DNA of 50,414 bases, from positions 1 to 50,414 of the forward strand of contig JBHIAT010000004.1 in the NCBI GenBank assembly GCA_046758705.1, given 5' to 3'. Position numbers and translations under genes: made by a program. Below the pieces are notes generated by a model. It worked only from the letters and a program-made list of their open reading frames with translations, had not been told where the DNA came from and ran no database searches. This DNA is from Candidatus Bipolaricaulia bacterium (GTDB lineage: Bacteria; Bipolaricaulota; Bipolaricaulia; JBHIAT01). This document shows positions 1 to 8,374 of this stretch, in pieces; the first letter of the stretch is position 1; every line of letters begins with the position of its first letter.

Positions 1-321
1 GCCGTGGCGCGTCCCATCGTGGAAGGCCTGTTAGGTCTGCCCTCCCAGGCGGCTTCAGCGTTCATCATGGGCTTCTTCCGCCGTGACTACGGCGCCGCCG
101 GGCTATACCAGCTCCAGCAAGCGGGCGGGCTGGATACCGTTCAGGTGCTGGTGAGCCTGGTGGTCATCACGCTGTTTGTGCCGTGCATCGCCAATCTCCT
201 GGTCATCATCAAGGAGCGCGGCTGGCGCACCGCCGCAACGATCGTGGCGTTTATCCTGCCGTATGCCATTTTGGTGGGCACGCTGGTGAATGCGCTGGCA
301 CGCGCCGTGCTGAGGGGGTAA
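1..321 (+). CDS. feoB: Ferrous iron transporter FeoB, C-terminal part (5' truncated by window edge)
   Basis: Hydrophobic ORF with GFFRRDYGAAGL and LFVPCIA...IIKE motifs typical of the FeoB C-terminal gate region; followed by a FeoA gene. Confidence 0.85.
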   Translation, partial: AVARPIVEGLLGLPSQAASAFIMGFFRRDYGAAGLYQLQQAGGLDTVQVLVSLVVITLFVPCIANLLVIIKERGWRTAATIVAFILPYAILVGTLVNALARAVLRG

Positions 322-324
322 CGC

Positions 325-765
325 ATGCGTTGTCCGATGTGCCACATGACGCTGGATGCCACGGCCCAGGCACAAGCCTGCCGAAGCTGCCCGCTCTACC
401 GCTGGACCCGAGGCTGTCGCCTGCGGTTGATCCACTGTCCCGGTTGTGGCTACCACAGCCTGCCCATCGAGGAGGTTGCCAAACCCCAAGCTCCTCCGGC
501 TGTCGAGCCGCTTCCCATGAAGGGCAGCGGTGTGGCTCGTCCCCTGAGCGAGCTGGCGGTGGGCGCGCAGGCGCGTTTGCTCAGCTTCGATGGGCTCAAT
601 GACAAGGATTTACAACGCCTGATGGCCTACGGATTGGTCCCGGGCGTGCGCCTCAAGGTGCTCCAGCGCGTGCCAGCCTATATCCTCAAGGTCCACGAAA
701 CCGAGCTGGCCGTGGAGGGCGCCCTGACAAAGGCCATTTATGTCCTGTCTGACACCGCCGTGTGA
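325..765 (+). CDS. feoA: FeoA family protein with N-terminal Cys-rich extension
   Basis: C-terminal LSEL..G...RLMAYGLVPGVRLKVLQ FeoA SH3-like pattern; N-terminal CPMC, CRSC, C, CPGC. Confidence 0.8.
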   Translation: MRCPMCHMTLDATAQAQACRSCPLYRWTRGCRLRLIHCPGCGYHSLPIEEVAKPQAPPAVEPLPMKGSGVARPLSELAVGAQARLLSFDGLNDKDLQRLMAYGLVPGVRLKVLQRVPAYILKVHETELAVEGALTKAIYVLSDTAV

Positions 766-825
766 TCAAAATCATCGGCTTGTCTGCCTCAGATCATCGC
801 ATAACGGCGGGAATCCCCCTACAAT
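761..825 (+). promoter_or_regulatory. Putative CRP/FNR-activated promoter of the DOMON-Rieske-cyt b operon
   Basis: Boxes TGTGA-TCAAAA-TCATC (761-776) and TCTGC-CTCAGA-TCATC (783-798) 22 bp apart; -10 TACAAT at 820-825. Confidence 0.6.
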
Positions 826-883
826 AACGGATGATATATAACTATAATGATCAGGGGAAGCCAGTGCTTGAGGAGGTCATTCG

Positions 884-1870
884 GTGTCGAAAAATAGTCC
901 CTACCTGCCCCTGCTGGCGTTGCTGATCGCGGTGATTGGGGCGGTGGTCCTGGCGTTTCAGTGGGAGTTATTCGGAGGGAGGATGGGAGCGATTCATGCG
1001 ACGATCGACGGTCGGATCGACACCGACGAATACCCGAACCATTATCGCGACGGATCGATCGATATGGATGTCTACTGGATGGTCCACGGCGCCCAGATTG
1101 CTTTTGGCCTGAAGAGCCCGGCGCAGGGCTGGATGTCAATCGGGTTCGATCCAGACGGGCCGCTCATGAATGGGGCGGACATCATCATCGGGTCCGTCGA
1201 TGAGCAGGGACAGCCCCATCTCGAGGACAGCTTCTCCAACAGCCCCACCACTCATGTCCCCGACGCTGAGCTGGGCGGGCGAGACGATATCCTGGCATAC
1301 GCCGGGTTCCGGGATGAGTCAGGCACCGTCATCGAGTTCAGGAGGCCTTTGGAGACGGGAGATCAATACGATAAGCCGATGCAGGCGGGGCGGACGAGTG
1401 TGGTCATGCTCGGCTACGCTCAGGACGCATCGCTGACGGCGTACCACGGCCGTACCCGATCGATCGTCCCTATCGATCTGGGGATCGGAGCCGAAGGCGG
1501 TGCGCGTATCAGCGAGCTCAAGGCCTACGAGATTTGGGTGGTCGCTGTGCTGTTTCTGCTGGCCCTCTTCGGCCTCCAGGGACTGGCCTCGATCCGGCTA
1601 GAAGGGACGGAGCTAGAGCCCGACACCCGAAAGCAGGCGGGCCAACCGCTGGGTGCCGTGCTCGCCATCGGCGTCATGACGGCCGCAGTGATCTCGCTTG
1701 CTGTACTGTTCGTCTATGGGCTCTATGTCTCGGCCGCCTCACTCGGCAGACTCGCCAGTTACGCGGCGATCGGGTTCTTCCTCATGGGGGTCATCATGCT
1801 CATCTATCGTGGCTACTTCATCGACGATGAGGTGCAGGTCGAGGGACGGGACGAGGAGATCCCGTGGTAG
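884..1870 (+). CDS. Membrane-anchored DOMON domain protein (putative haem b binding) with three C-terminal TM helices
   Basis: N-terminal TM; DOMON signature GWMSIGFD...LMNGADIIIG...EFRRPL...YHG with Met and His at the usual haem-ligand positions; RBS GAGGAGG before GTG. Confidence 0.7.
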   Translation: MSKNSPYLPLLALLIAVIGAVVLAFQWELFGGRMGAIHATIDGRIDTDEYPNHYRDGSIDMDVYWMVHGAQIAFGLKSPAQGWMSIGFDPDGPLMNGADIIIGSVDEQGQPHLEDSFSNSPTTHVPDAELGGRDDILAYAGFRDESGTVIEFRRPLETGDQYDKPMQAGRTSVVMLGYAQDASLTAYHGRTRSIVPIDLGIGAEGGARISELKAYEIWVVAVLFLLALFGLQGLASIRLEGTELEPDTRKQAGQPLGAVLAIGVMTAAVISLAVLFVYGLYVSAASLGRLASYAAIGFFLMGVIMLIYRGYFIDDEVQVEGRDEEIPW

Positions 1871-1915
1871 GGAAGAGAGAATGAAAGAAATAGATGGTTT
1901 TAGGAAAGGAGACGG

Positions 1916-2551
1916 GTGATTCAAATGGACTCGGAGTCGGAGAAGACAGCGCTGGAGGATCGGGGTCGTGGGAAGGTTAGGATCAGCCGTCGGCGGCTGG
2001 TGCAATGGTTGATGGGGTTGGGGGCTGGAAGCCTGATCGCCTCGGTCCTGTCGATTCTCCGGTTCCTCAAGCCCTCCGAGGGAGCCGGAGAGGTCGGAGC
2101 GCTGATCTCGTCCGGGGATCGGCTGGTCTTCGCCCAGGGAGCGAACCGAGGGACGGTCATCACCCGAGAGAGCCTGGCTCCCGGTGAAGCGGTGCTCGTC
2201 TTCCCACAGGGAAAGGAGCAGATCGGGGATGCCATCATCCTCCTGGCCCGGTTCGACCCCGAGGTGCTTGAGCCGCCCACCCGGCTGGAGTGGACGGCGG
2301 TGGGATTCGTCGGTTACAGCGCCCTGTGCACACACCTCGGCTGCACGGTCCTGAAGAAGCTTGAAGCGGGGTTCGGCAAGGAGGGGATCATCCATTGTCC
2401 GTGCCATGCAGGTTTCTACGATCCGAAGCGGGGAGCCACAGTGATCAGCGGGCCGCCCCCCCGGCCCTTGCCCCAACTTCCCATCCGGATCAACGGTAAA
2501 GGTGAGATCGTCGCCGACGGCGACTTTGAGGAATCGGTCGGGGTGTTGTAA
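1916..2551 (+). CDS. qcrA: Rieske 2Fe-2S subunit of a quinol:cytochrome c oxidoreductase
   Basis: Tat motif SRRRLV, box 1 CTHLGC, box 2 CPCHAGFY, GPPPRPLP motif. Confidence 0.92.
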   Translation: MIQMDSESEKTALEDRGRGKVRISRRRLVQWLMGLGAGSLIASVLSILRFLKPSEGAGEVGALISSGDRLVFAQGANRGTVITRESLAPGEAVLVFPQGKEQIGDAIILLARFDPEVLEPPTRLEWTAVGFVGYSALCTHLGCTVLKKLEAGFGKEGIIHCPCHAGFYDPKRGATVISGPPPRPLPQLPIRINGKGEIVADGDFEESVGVL

Positions 2552-2576
2552 TATGAGGTCTCGGAAGGAGGCATTG

Positions 2577-3839
2577 GTGAGCGCGCACGGAAGCAGTGAA
2601 TCCGGATGGTTCGACGCGCGGCTGAACCTGGACCGATTTTCCAGAAAATATCTCAGAAAAGCATTTCCTGTCCACTCCACCTTCTTCCTCGGGGAGATCG
2701 CGCTGTTCAGCTTCATCATCCTGGTGATCACCGGCCTGTATCTGGCGTTCCTGTACGAGCCGTCGACGCAGCTGGTCGAGTTCAACGGGGAGCAGGTTCC
2801 GGCAGCCTACGTGAGTGTCATGCGAATCAACGACACGCCGTTCGGCCTGATCGTCCGTCGGGTCCATCACTGGTCGGCCCACATCATGATCGTCGCTGCG
2901 ATCCTACACTTGATGCGGATCTTCTTCACCGGCACCTATAAGAGACCGCGAGAGCTCAACTGGGTGGTGGGGTTCCTGCTGTTGATGGTGACGGTGGTGG
3001 CCTCGTTTGTCGGTTACCTGCTGCCGTTTGACGAGTTCTCGGTTACGGCAACGACGATCGGTTACGGGATCACCCGGTCGGTCCCCTGGATCGGGCCGGC
3101 GTTTGCCGACTTCGTCTTCGCCGGCAAGTTCCCGGCCCCGGGCACGATCCCGAGGTTCTTCGCCTACCATGTGATCTTGATGCCGCTGATCATCATCGGC
3201 CTGTTGACGGTCCATATGCTCATCTTGCTCAAGCAAAAGCACAGCGAACCGCCCTATGCCCGGGCGAAGACCCAGGGGACGAAACTCATCGGGGTGCCGG
3301 CTTGGCCACAGCAGACGGCGTTGATGGCCGCGCTGTTTCTGTTTCTGGTCGGAGGGGTGTTGCTCATCTCCGGCTTCCTGCCCGTCCATCCGGTGGAGCT
3401 CTACGGTCCGCCGCGACCGGGCACGCCAGTGGTAAAGCCGGATTGGTACTTCCTGTGGGTCTTCGGGGTGTTGAAGTTGATCCCGGGATGGATGGAGTTC
3501 CGGTTCCTGGGGACGACCATTGGCCCCGAGGCGATTGGCGGGGTCCTATTCCCGGGACTGGTCATCCTGCTCTTGTTGCTCATCCCGTTCATCGATCGGG
3601 CGGACACCCCCAAGTACTATATGGATGACCCGCTGCGCATACCGCTGAGGACCGCGATCGGGATCGGGATGAGCGTCCTGTTGCTCGTCCTGTCGCTCGC
3701 CGGCTATAAGGAGGAAGTGGGGCTGTCTTCAACGGTGTTGCGGATCATCGCGGTCGTGGCCCCGGTCGCCGTTGGGCTGATCAGCTACGGGTTGCTTCGA
3801 GGACTGAAGCGCACCGGGAGGAAACACCAGGGGGGGTGA
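2577..3839 (+). CDS. qcrB: Cytochrome b subunit (unsplit) of the Rieske/cytochrome b complex
   Basis: RRVHHWSAH, LHLMRIFFTGTYKRPRELNW, GYLLP, RFFAYH and Qo motif PDWY. Start placed at GTG 2577 after AAGGAGG; ATG 2553 is an alternative. Confidence 0.92.
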   Translation: MSAHGSSESGWFDARLNLDRFSRKYLRKAFPVHSTFFLGEIALFSFIILVITGLYLAFLYEPSTQLVEFNGEQVPAAYVSVMRINDTPFGLIVRRVHHWSAHIMIVAAILHLMRIFFTGTYKRPRELNWVVGFLLLMVTVVASFVGYLLPFDEFSVTATTIGYGITRSVPWIGPAFADFVFAGKFPAPGTIPRFFAYHVILMPLIIIGLLTVHMLILLKQKHSEPPYARAKTQGTKLIGVPAWPQQTALMAALFLFLVGGVLLISGFLPVHPVELYGPPRPGTPVVKPDWYFLWVFGVLKLIPGWMEFRFLGTTIGPEAIGGVLFPGLVILLLLLIPFIDRADTPKYYMDDPLRIPLRTAIGIGMSVLLLVLSLAGYKEEVGLSSTVLRIIAVVAPVAVGLISYGLLRGLKRTGRKHQGG

Positions 3840-3846
3840 AACGCCG

Positions 3847-5385
3847 ATGCGAAGGAACCGGTCGATTGCGATCCTGATCCTGACATTGATGGCCAGCCTG
3901 CTCGCTTATCTCGCCGACCGAGGGATGCCGGAGACGCGGGTCAGGCGAGAGGTAGAGATTCTGTTTCAGGAGGAGTGCGCAGCCTGTCATGGCGATCGAC
4001 GCCAGGGAGGGCTCGGTCCGGCACTTATCCCACAACGGCTGGCGACGCGGGGCGACGAGGAGTTGAAACAGATTATCCTGAATGGCATCCCCGGCACCGC
4101 CATGCCCGTCTGGCTCGATGTGCTGACCCGGGAGAACGTCGAGGAGCTTGTCCGGTTCATCAAGGAGGTCCCCCCCTCACCGGAAGCGCTGCGCTGGGGG
4201 ATGATGGACATCTGGGGGTCGTTTGAGGTGCTCATCTTCGACGAGGAACTCCCCGAGCAACCGGCCTACGAGATTCGCAGCATCGAGGATCTGATGGTGG
4301 TCACCGAGCGGGACGTCGGCCATCTGTTCTTCGTCGACGGCCACGAGAATCGGTTTCTGGGCCGCATCCTGGACGCAGGCTACAAGACGAATACGATCGT
4401 CTACGACCCGACCGACGAACGCTGGCTCTACCTGATTGCCAGGAACGGCTGGGTCTACAAGGTGGATCTGTACACGCTCCAGCCGGTCCGCAAGGTCCGG
4501 GTGGGGATCGACTCCCGAGGGCTGGCGATCTCCGCCGACGGCCGTTACCTGATGGCCGGCAACTACATCCCCAACAGCGCGGTGGTTCTGACCGCTGAGA
4601 CGCTGGAACCGCTGAAGCTCATCCGCACGTTCGGGGTCGATCCGGACGGCGAAGCGGTCGAGTCCCGGGTGAACTACGTGGCCTACACGCCCGCCGGCCG
4701 GGGTCGGTTCGTCCTGGTGTTGGAGGAGGCCGGTCAGGTGTGGCTCGTCGAGCCGTCGGCGAACTTTCCGATCGTTGCCACCATCGAGCAGGTGGGCCGC
4801 ACGCTTCAAGGCGGTCTGCTCACCTCCGCTGGTCGGCAGCTTGTGGTCGCCTCCCAGGGCGACGATCGTCTGGTGGCGATCGACCTGGAGGCGGAGCAAA
4901 TCGTCGATCGGGTCCTGACCGGCCGCCACCCCTACCTGAACGCTGAGGCGATCGTCCGAAGCGACGACCGGACCCTCGTCTTCACCCCATCCATTGGGAG
5001 TGATTATCTAACGGTCTGGGATCTTGACACCTTTGAAGTGGTCAGGCGGATCGAGATGGGGGGACCCAGCCTGTTCGTCGCCGCCCATCCGGAGAGCCCC
5101 TATGTCTGGGCGGATGTCGCACTTGGCCCGAACAACGACCGCATTCAGGTCATCGACAAGCAAAGCCTGGAGGTGGTGCGGACGTTGCGGCCGGGGATGA
5201 GATCGGTCCATCCGGAGTTCACTGCCGACGGCCGGCACGTCTACGTGAGCATCTGGGGAGAAGATCGGGTGGTCGTCTACGACGCGGACACGTTCGAAGT
5301 CATCGTGGAGTTCACCCGGGTGCGTACCCCCACCGGGATATTCTCCGCTCGGGTGAGACAGATCTCCCGACTTACCGGCATTTGA
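3847..5385 (+). CDS. Cytochrome cd1 (NirS/NirN)-like protein: c-type haem domain plus d1-type beta-propeller
   Basis: Signal/anchor, CAACHG..RQGGLGPAL, GIPGTAMP (Met ligand), propeller motifs (SRGLAISADGRY, LEPLKLI, SLFVAAHPESPYVWAD, HPEFTADG, TPTGIF). Canonical histidines appear substituted, so nirS is not assigned. Confidence 0.8.
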   Translation: MRRNRSIAILILTLMASLLAYLADRGMPETRVRREVEILFQEECAACHGDRRQGGLGPALIPQRLATRGDEELKQIILNGIPGTAMPVWLDVLTRENVEELVRFIKEVPPSPEALRWGMMDIWGSFEVLIFDEELPEQPAYEIRSIEDLMVVTERDVGHLFFVDGHENRFLGRILDAGYKTNTIVYDPTDERWLYLIARNGWVYKVDLYTLQPVRKVRVGIDSRGLAISADGRYLMAGNYIPNSAVVLTAETLEPLKLIRTFGVDPDGEAVESRVNYVAYTPAGRGRFVLVLEEAGQVWLVEPSANFPIVATIEQVGRTLQGGLLTSAGRQLVVASQGDDRLVAIDLEAEQIVDRVLTGRHPYLNAEAIVRSDDRTLVFTPSIGSDYLTVWDLDTFEVVRRIEMGGPSLFVAAHPESPYVWADVALGPNNDRIQVIDKQSLEVVRTLRPGMRSVHPEFTADGRHVYVSIWGEDRVVVYDADTFEVIVEFTRVRTPTGIFSARVRQISRLTGI

Positions 5386-5394
5386 ACGTTAGCG

Positions 5395-6126
5395 TTACAG
5401 AACGTTCTCCTTGAGCGCGACGAGAGGGGGAGATGAGAGCCGCTCCAGCCTTTCGAAGTCGGGGATCTTAATCCCGTCGTTGTGTTTGAGAAGACCTCTA
5501 CGATACAATTGACTTAAGATGCGGATAGCCGTCTCCGGGGAGACACCGGCCATCTCGGCCAGCTCTCTGCGCGTGAGTTCAATCTCTACCTCCAGACCAT
5601 CTGCTTCCTGAATCCCGTAGGCCCGTGCCAGACGCACCAGCACTCCGATCACCCGTTCCTTACTACTTCCATAGGTGGTTTCCGTGAGTTTGGCCTCGTA
5701 CCCCTTGAGCTCTCTGCACAGTTTCTCGACCAGTTTGAACCCGACGTCCGGATGCCGGTGGATCAGGTTCAGGAAGTCGCCCCGCCTCACGAACTTGACG
5801 GTCGTCGGTTCCAGAGCCCGAGCATCCGCTTGGTGGTACATGTCGCCGAACAAACTCTCCTCTCCTAGCACCTCTCCCGAGTCGAGCAGCTTCAGGATCC
5901 GTCGTTTTCCCTTCACTGAGCGCTTGACCAACTTCACCCGTCCGCTACAGATGATGTACAGACCAACCGCTGGACTTCCCTCTGGGAAGATGAGCTCATC
6001 CTGGGCATAAGTGATGGTCTTGGTCTCATCGATAAAGGCGAAGAACTCACCATCGTCAAGGTCCGAAAAGATCCAGGAGCAGCCTTTCGGACTCGGACAT
6101 TTGTCACAGACGAGATGTGCTGTCAT
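5395..6126 (-). CDS. CRP/FNR family transcriptional regulator with N-terminal Cys motif
   Basis: CDKCPSPKGC N-terminus, cNMP-binding domain (GLYIICSGRVKL...GEVLGE), HTH LTRRELAEMAGVSPETAIRILS. Confidence 0.92.
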   Translation of the reverse strand: MTAHLVCDKCPSPKGCSWIFSDLDDGEFFAFIDETKTITYAQDELIFPEGSPAVGLYIICSGRVKLVKRSVKGKRRILKLLDSGEVLGEESLFGDMYHQADARALEPTTVKFVRRGDFLNLIHRHPDVGFKLVEKLCRELKGYEAKLTETTYGSSKERVIGVLVRLARAYGIQEADGLEVEIELTRRELAEMAGVSPETAIRILSQLYRRGLLKHNDGIKIPDFERLERLSSPPLVALKENVL

Positions 6127-6156
6127 CGATCTCCCTTCTCTTCTTGATCGCTGTTG

Positions 6157-6435
6157 TCAGAAATCCTCGTCGGGTTTGCTGATCAATCCCCAGTTGTATG
6201 TCTGCCTTGACCAGGGTTTGGCGCGCCCCTCCTCCTGACAGAAAGCAAAGTCGCCACACGTCGGGGAGGCGTAGATATCATGGTTGAGCACTCGCTTGAT
6301 CGCACTGCGAATGCGGCCTTGAAACGCTTCTGATGGGGCATCGTACTGGTCAGTGATCTCATCCAAAACGGCCTTGGTGAGGTGATCGAGCAGTCCCTCG
6401 ATGCCAACCCGGTCCCAGACTCTAAAACCGGCCAT
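6157..6435 (-). CDS. Small hypothetical protein
   Basis: 92-aa ORF with RBS AGGAAGGAG between two co-oriented CRP/FNR genes; no family recognised. Confidence 0.6.
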   Translation of the reverse strand: MAGFRVWDRVGIEGLLDHLTKAVLDEITDQYDAPSEAFQGRIRSAIKRVLNHDIYASPTCGDFAFCQEEGRAKPWSRQTYNWGLISKPDEDF

Positions 6436-6466
6436 CTTCGACCACTCCTTCCTTAGATAAGATTTT

Positions 6467-7168
6467 CTATCTCTGTCTCTCCAAGCCTTCTCGATCGCAG
6501 ATGATGATCCGGCGGCGCTCCAGAGAGATCAGCTTTTGTTCCTTCAGATGACCCAATGCCCGGATAGCCGTCTCTGGAGCCACGCCGATCAGCTCCGCAA
6601 GTTCTATCCGTTTTAGCTCCACCCCGATCGTTGCACCGGAGGGTCTCTCCACCCCGAACCGGTCCGCCAGATCGAGCAAAACTCGGGCAAGCTTCGTCTC
6701 GATCGACAGGTAAGCGGCAGCTTCGGCCAATTCATTCCAGGCGTTTCTGAGATCGTCGGCGAGCTGAGCCACGATTCTGGGGAGGATGGAGGGATACCGG
6801 GCGATGAAGCGCAGGAAGTCCTCCCGCTCGATAAATCCCAATCGGGAGGGTTCCAGGGTCTTGGCGCAGGTTGCGTAGGTGTCGTCGTCAAACAGGGTGT
6901 CCAGGCCCAGGGTCTCTCCAGGGCCAAGGATCTTTAAGATTCTCGGTTTTTCAGCCCGCAGCTCCCTCATCAACTTGACCTTTCCTTCCAGGACGATGTA
7001 GAGGCCAAAGCTCGGAGCTCTCTGCTGGAAGATGAGCTCTCCATCTCCATAGTCGATGGATCTGATGCTAGTGTTAAGCTCTTCCCAGCTGAGATCGGAG
7101 AAGAGATCGATATCGATCTGCTGTAGCTCTCTTCTTTGTTTAGTTTGGGCGTCACCCATTTCCATCAC
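6467..7168 (-). CDS. CRP/FNR family transcriptional regulator
   Basis: cNMP-binding domain and HTH LKRIELAELIGVAPETAIRALG; close paralogue of 9344-10048. The true start may be a few codons downstream. Confidence 0.92.
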   Translation of the reverse strand: MMEMGDAQTKQRRELQQIDIDLFSDLSWEELNTSIRSIDYGDGELIFQQRAPSFGLYIVLEGKVKLMRELRAEKPRILKILGPGETLGLDTLFDDDTYATCAKTLEPSRLGFIEREDFLRFIARYPSILPRIVAQLADDLRNAWNELAEAAAYLSIETKLARVLLDLADRFGVERPSGATIGVELKRIELAELIGVAPETAIRALGHLKEQKLISLERRRIIICDREGLERQR

Positions 7169-7240
7169 CTCCTCTTCCCGTTGTCGTTCACCGAAACTTT
7201 AATGTGGGTTCAATGAGGTAAGTGGTTGAAATGGAATGGG

Positions 7241-7642
7241 TTACTCCAGCTGCACGCTGAATAGTATCTGTCTATCTGGGGCTGATGGTGAAGCGCTCGC
7301 CGTGGCGAGTCTATTGGTCATTAAGGTGGGTATGGAAGCGTCAGGGTTCCCTGCCGCCAGCCTCCGCTGGATCTCGACCTTGAACTTGTCTGTTTCAGAG
7401 CTACAGAGACGAGGCTGATCGGAGCCGGGAACGGCATTCGTGATGCAATCGCAAGGAGAACACAGATGGCACCGTTCGGAATGACGGTGGTCTGGCTCTC
7501 CATGGGAGTGGCAACAGACGTGTTCCTGGGTTCCGCGGATAGGATAGGCGGAGGCAGAATAGAAGGGAAAAATGGGCAGGATCAGGATCACAAAGAGAAA
7601 CATCGCAATGATAGCGAACGTCTCCTGACGTAAATAGCGCAT
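7241..7642 (-). CDS. Small exported His/Cys-rich protein
   Basis: N-terminal hydrophobic signal followed by HVCCHSHGEPDHRHSERCHLCSPCDC; starts right after the stop of the upstream gene. Confidence 0.55.
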   Translation of the reverse strand: MRYLRQETFAIIAMFLFVILILPIFPFYSASAYPIRGTQEHVCCHSHGEPDHRHSERCHLCSPCDCITNAVPGSDQPRLCSSETDKFKVEIQRRLAAGNPDASIPTLMTNRLATASASPSAPDRQILFSVQLE

Positions 7643-7643
7643 T

Positions 7644-8156
7644 TTAGGAGCTCATTATGTTATAGTCCTTCGATTCTCCGAATGAACCGCTCCTCCATCC
7701 CGGCTGTGGGGTCTCTACCAGCTCATCCCAGATGGCGTGAATCTCCTTGCTGAGCTTCTTCATGAGTTTATACAGCATGGAAGGATGCGTTTTGAGGAAG
7801 GCGAGCAGTGCGTTGCGATCGACGAACCCCAGCTCCGTAGGCTCCACAGCCCTGGAATCGGTGGAGAAGGCTCCCCGATAGAAGATCTCCTCACCCAGGA
7901 TCTCCCCCGGTCCGAGGAACTTCAAGCGGATCTGCCTCCCATCCTGCAGTCCCTGTACCAGTTCGACTCTCCCCTTCCAGATGATAAAAAGACCGGGAGC
8001 TGGATAGCCAGCTTGGAAGATCATCTCTCCCTTTCTGTATTTGAGCGGCTCCATCAGCGTCAGCAGCTCATCAAACGCACGATCGCTGAGCCCGGAGAAG
8101 ACCCGGAGGAAACGCCTTTGCTGGCCATCTTGAAACGGTGGTTTACTCATACTCAT
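7644..8156 (-). CDS. Cyclic-nucleotide-binding domain protein (CRP/FNR-like, lacks HTH)
   Basis: VFSGLS...GEMIFQAG...GLFIIWKGRVEL...GPGEILGE and C-helix present; the ORF ends before any HTH. Start set at ATG 8156, downstream of the predicted promoter. Confidence 0.75.
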   Translation of the reverse strand: MSMSKPPFQDGQQRRFLRVFSGLSDRAFDELLTLMEPLKYRKGEMIFQAGYPAPGLFIIWKGRVELVQGLQDGRQIRLKFLGPGEILGEEIFYRGAFSTDSRAVEPTELGFVDRNALLAFLKTHPSMLYKLMKKLSKEIHAIWDELVETPQPGWRSGSFGESKDYNIMSS

Positions 8157-8214
8157 CCTCGGCCCCCGTACCCTTCCAATGCCGGGGCTCTCCTTTTTGT
8201 GGCTTGCATTATCT

Positions 8215-8301
8215 ATTCTAATGGGGTGAGGCAAAGTTTGCTATGATTTTAAGCAGTCCAAAGGATGCGTTTGATCATGAAAAGGTGTTGGATTTCTCAC
8301 A
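8215..8301 (-). promoter_or_regulatory. Putative CRP/FNR promoter, triple box (repeat copy 1)
   Basis: -10 TAGAAT (8215-8220, minus strand); boxes at 8242-8257, 8264-8279 and 8286-8301 (TGTTGGATTTCTCACA), each 22 bp apart. Confidence 0.7.
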
Positions 8302-8319
8302 CGCTTCCCTACAGAATAC

Positions 8320-8362
8320 AGGAGAGCCCCGGACTCTGCTCTGATGCCGGGACTCTCCTTTT
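8320..8362. terminator. Stem-loop, possible intrinsic terminator
   Basis: AGGAGAGCCCCGG ... CCGGGACTCTCCT inverted repeat just past the stop of 8375-9181. The T-run is on the plus strand, so orientation is uncertain. Confidence 0.45.
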
Positions 8363-8374
8363 CCGTTCCTATTC

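Noticed and set aside
3847-5385. Annotation as functional nitrite reductase nirS
   Set aside because: Key histidines appear substituted and no d1 biosynthesis genes are in the window.
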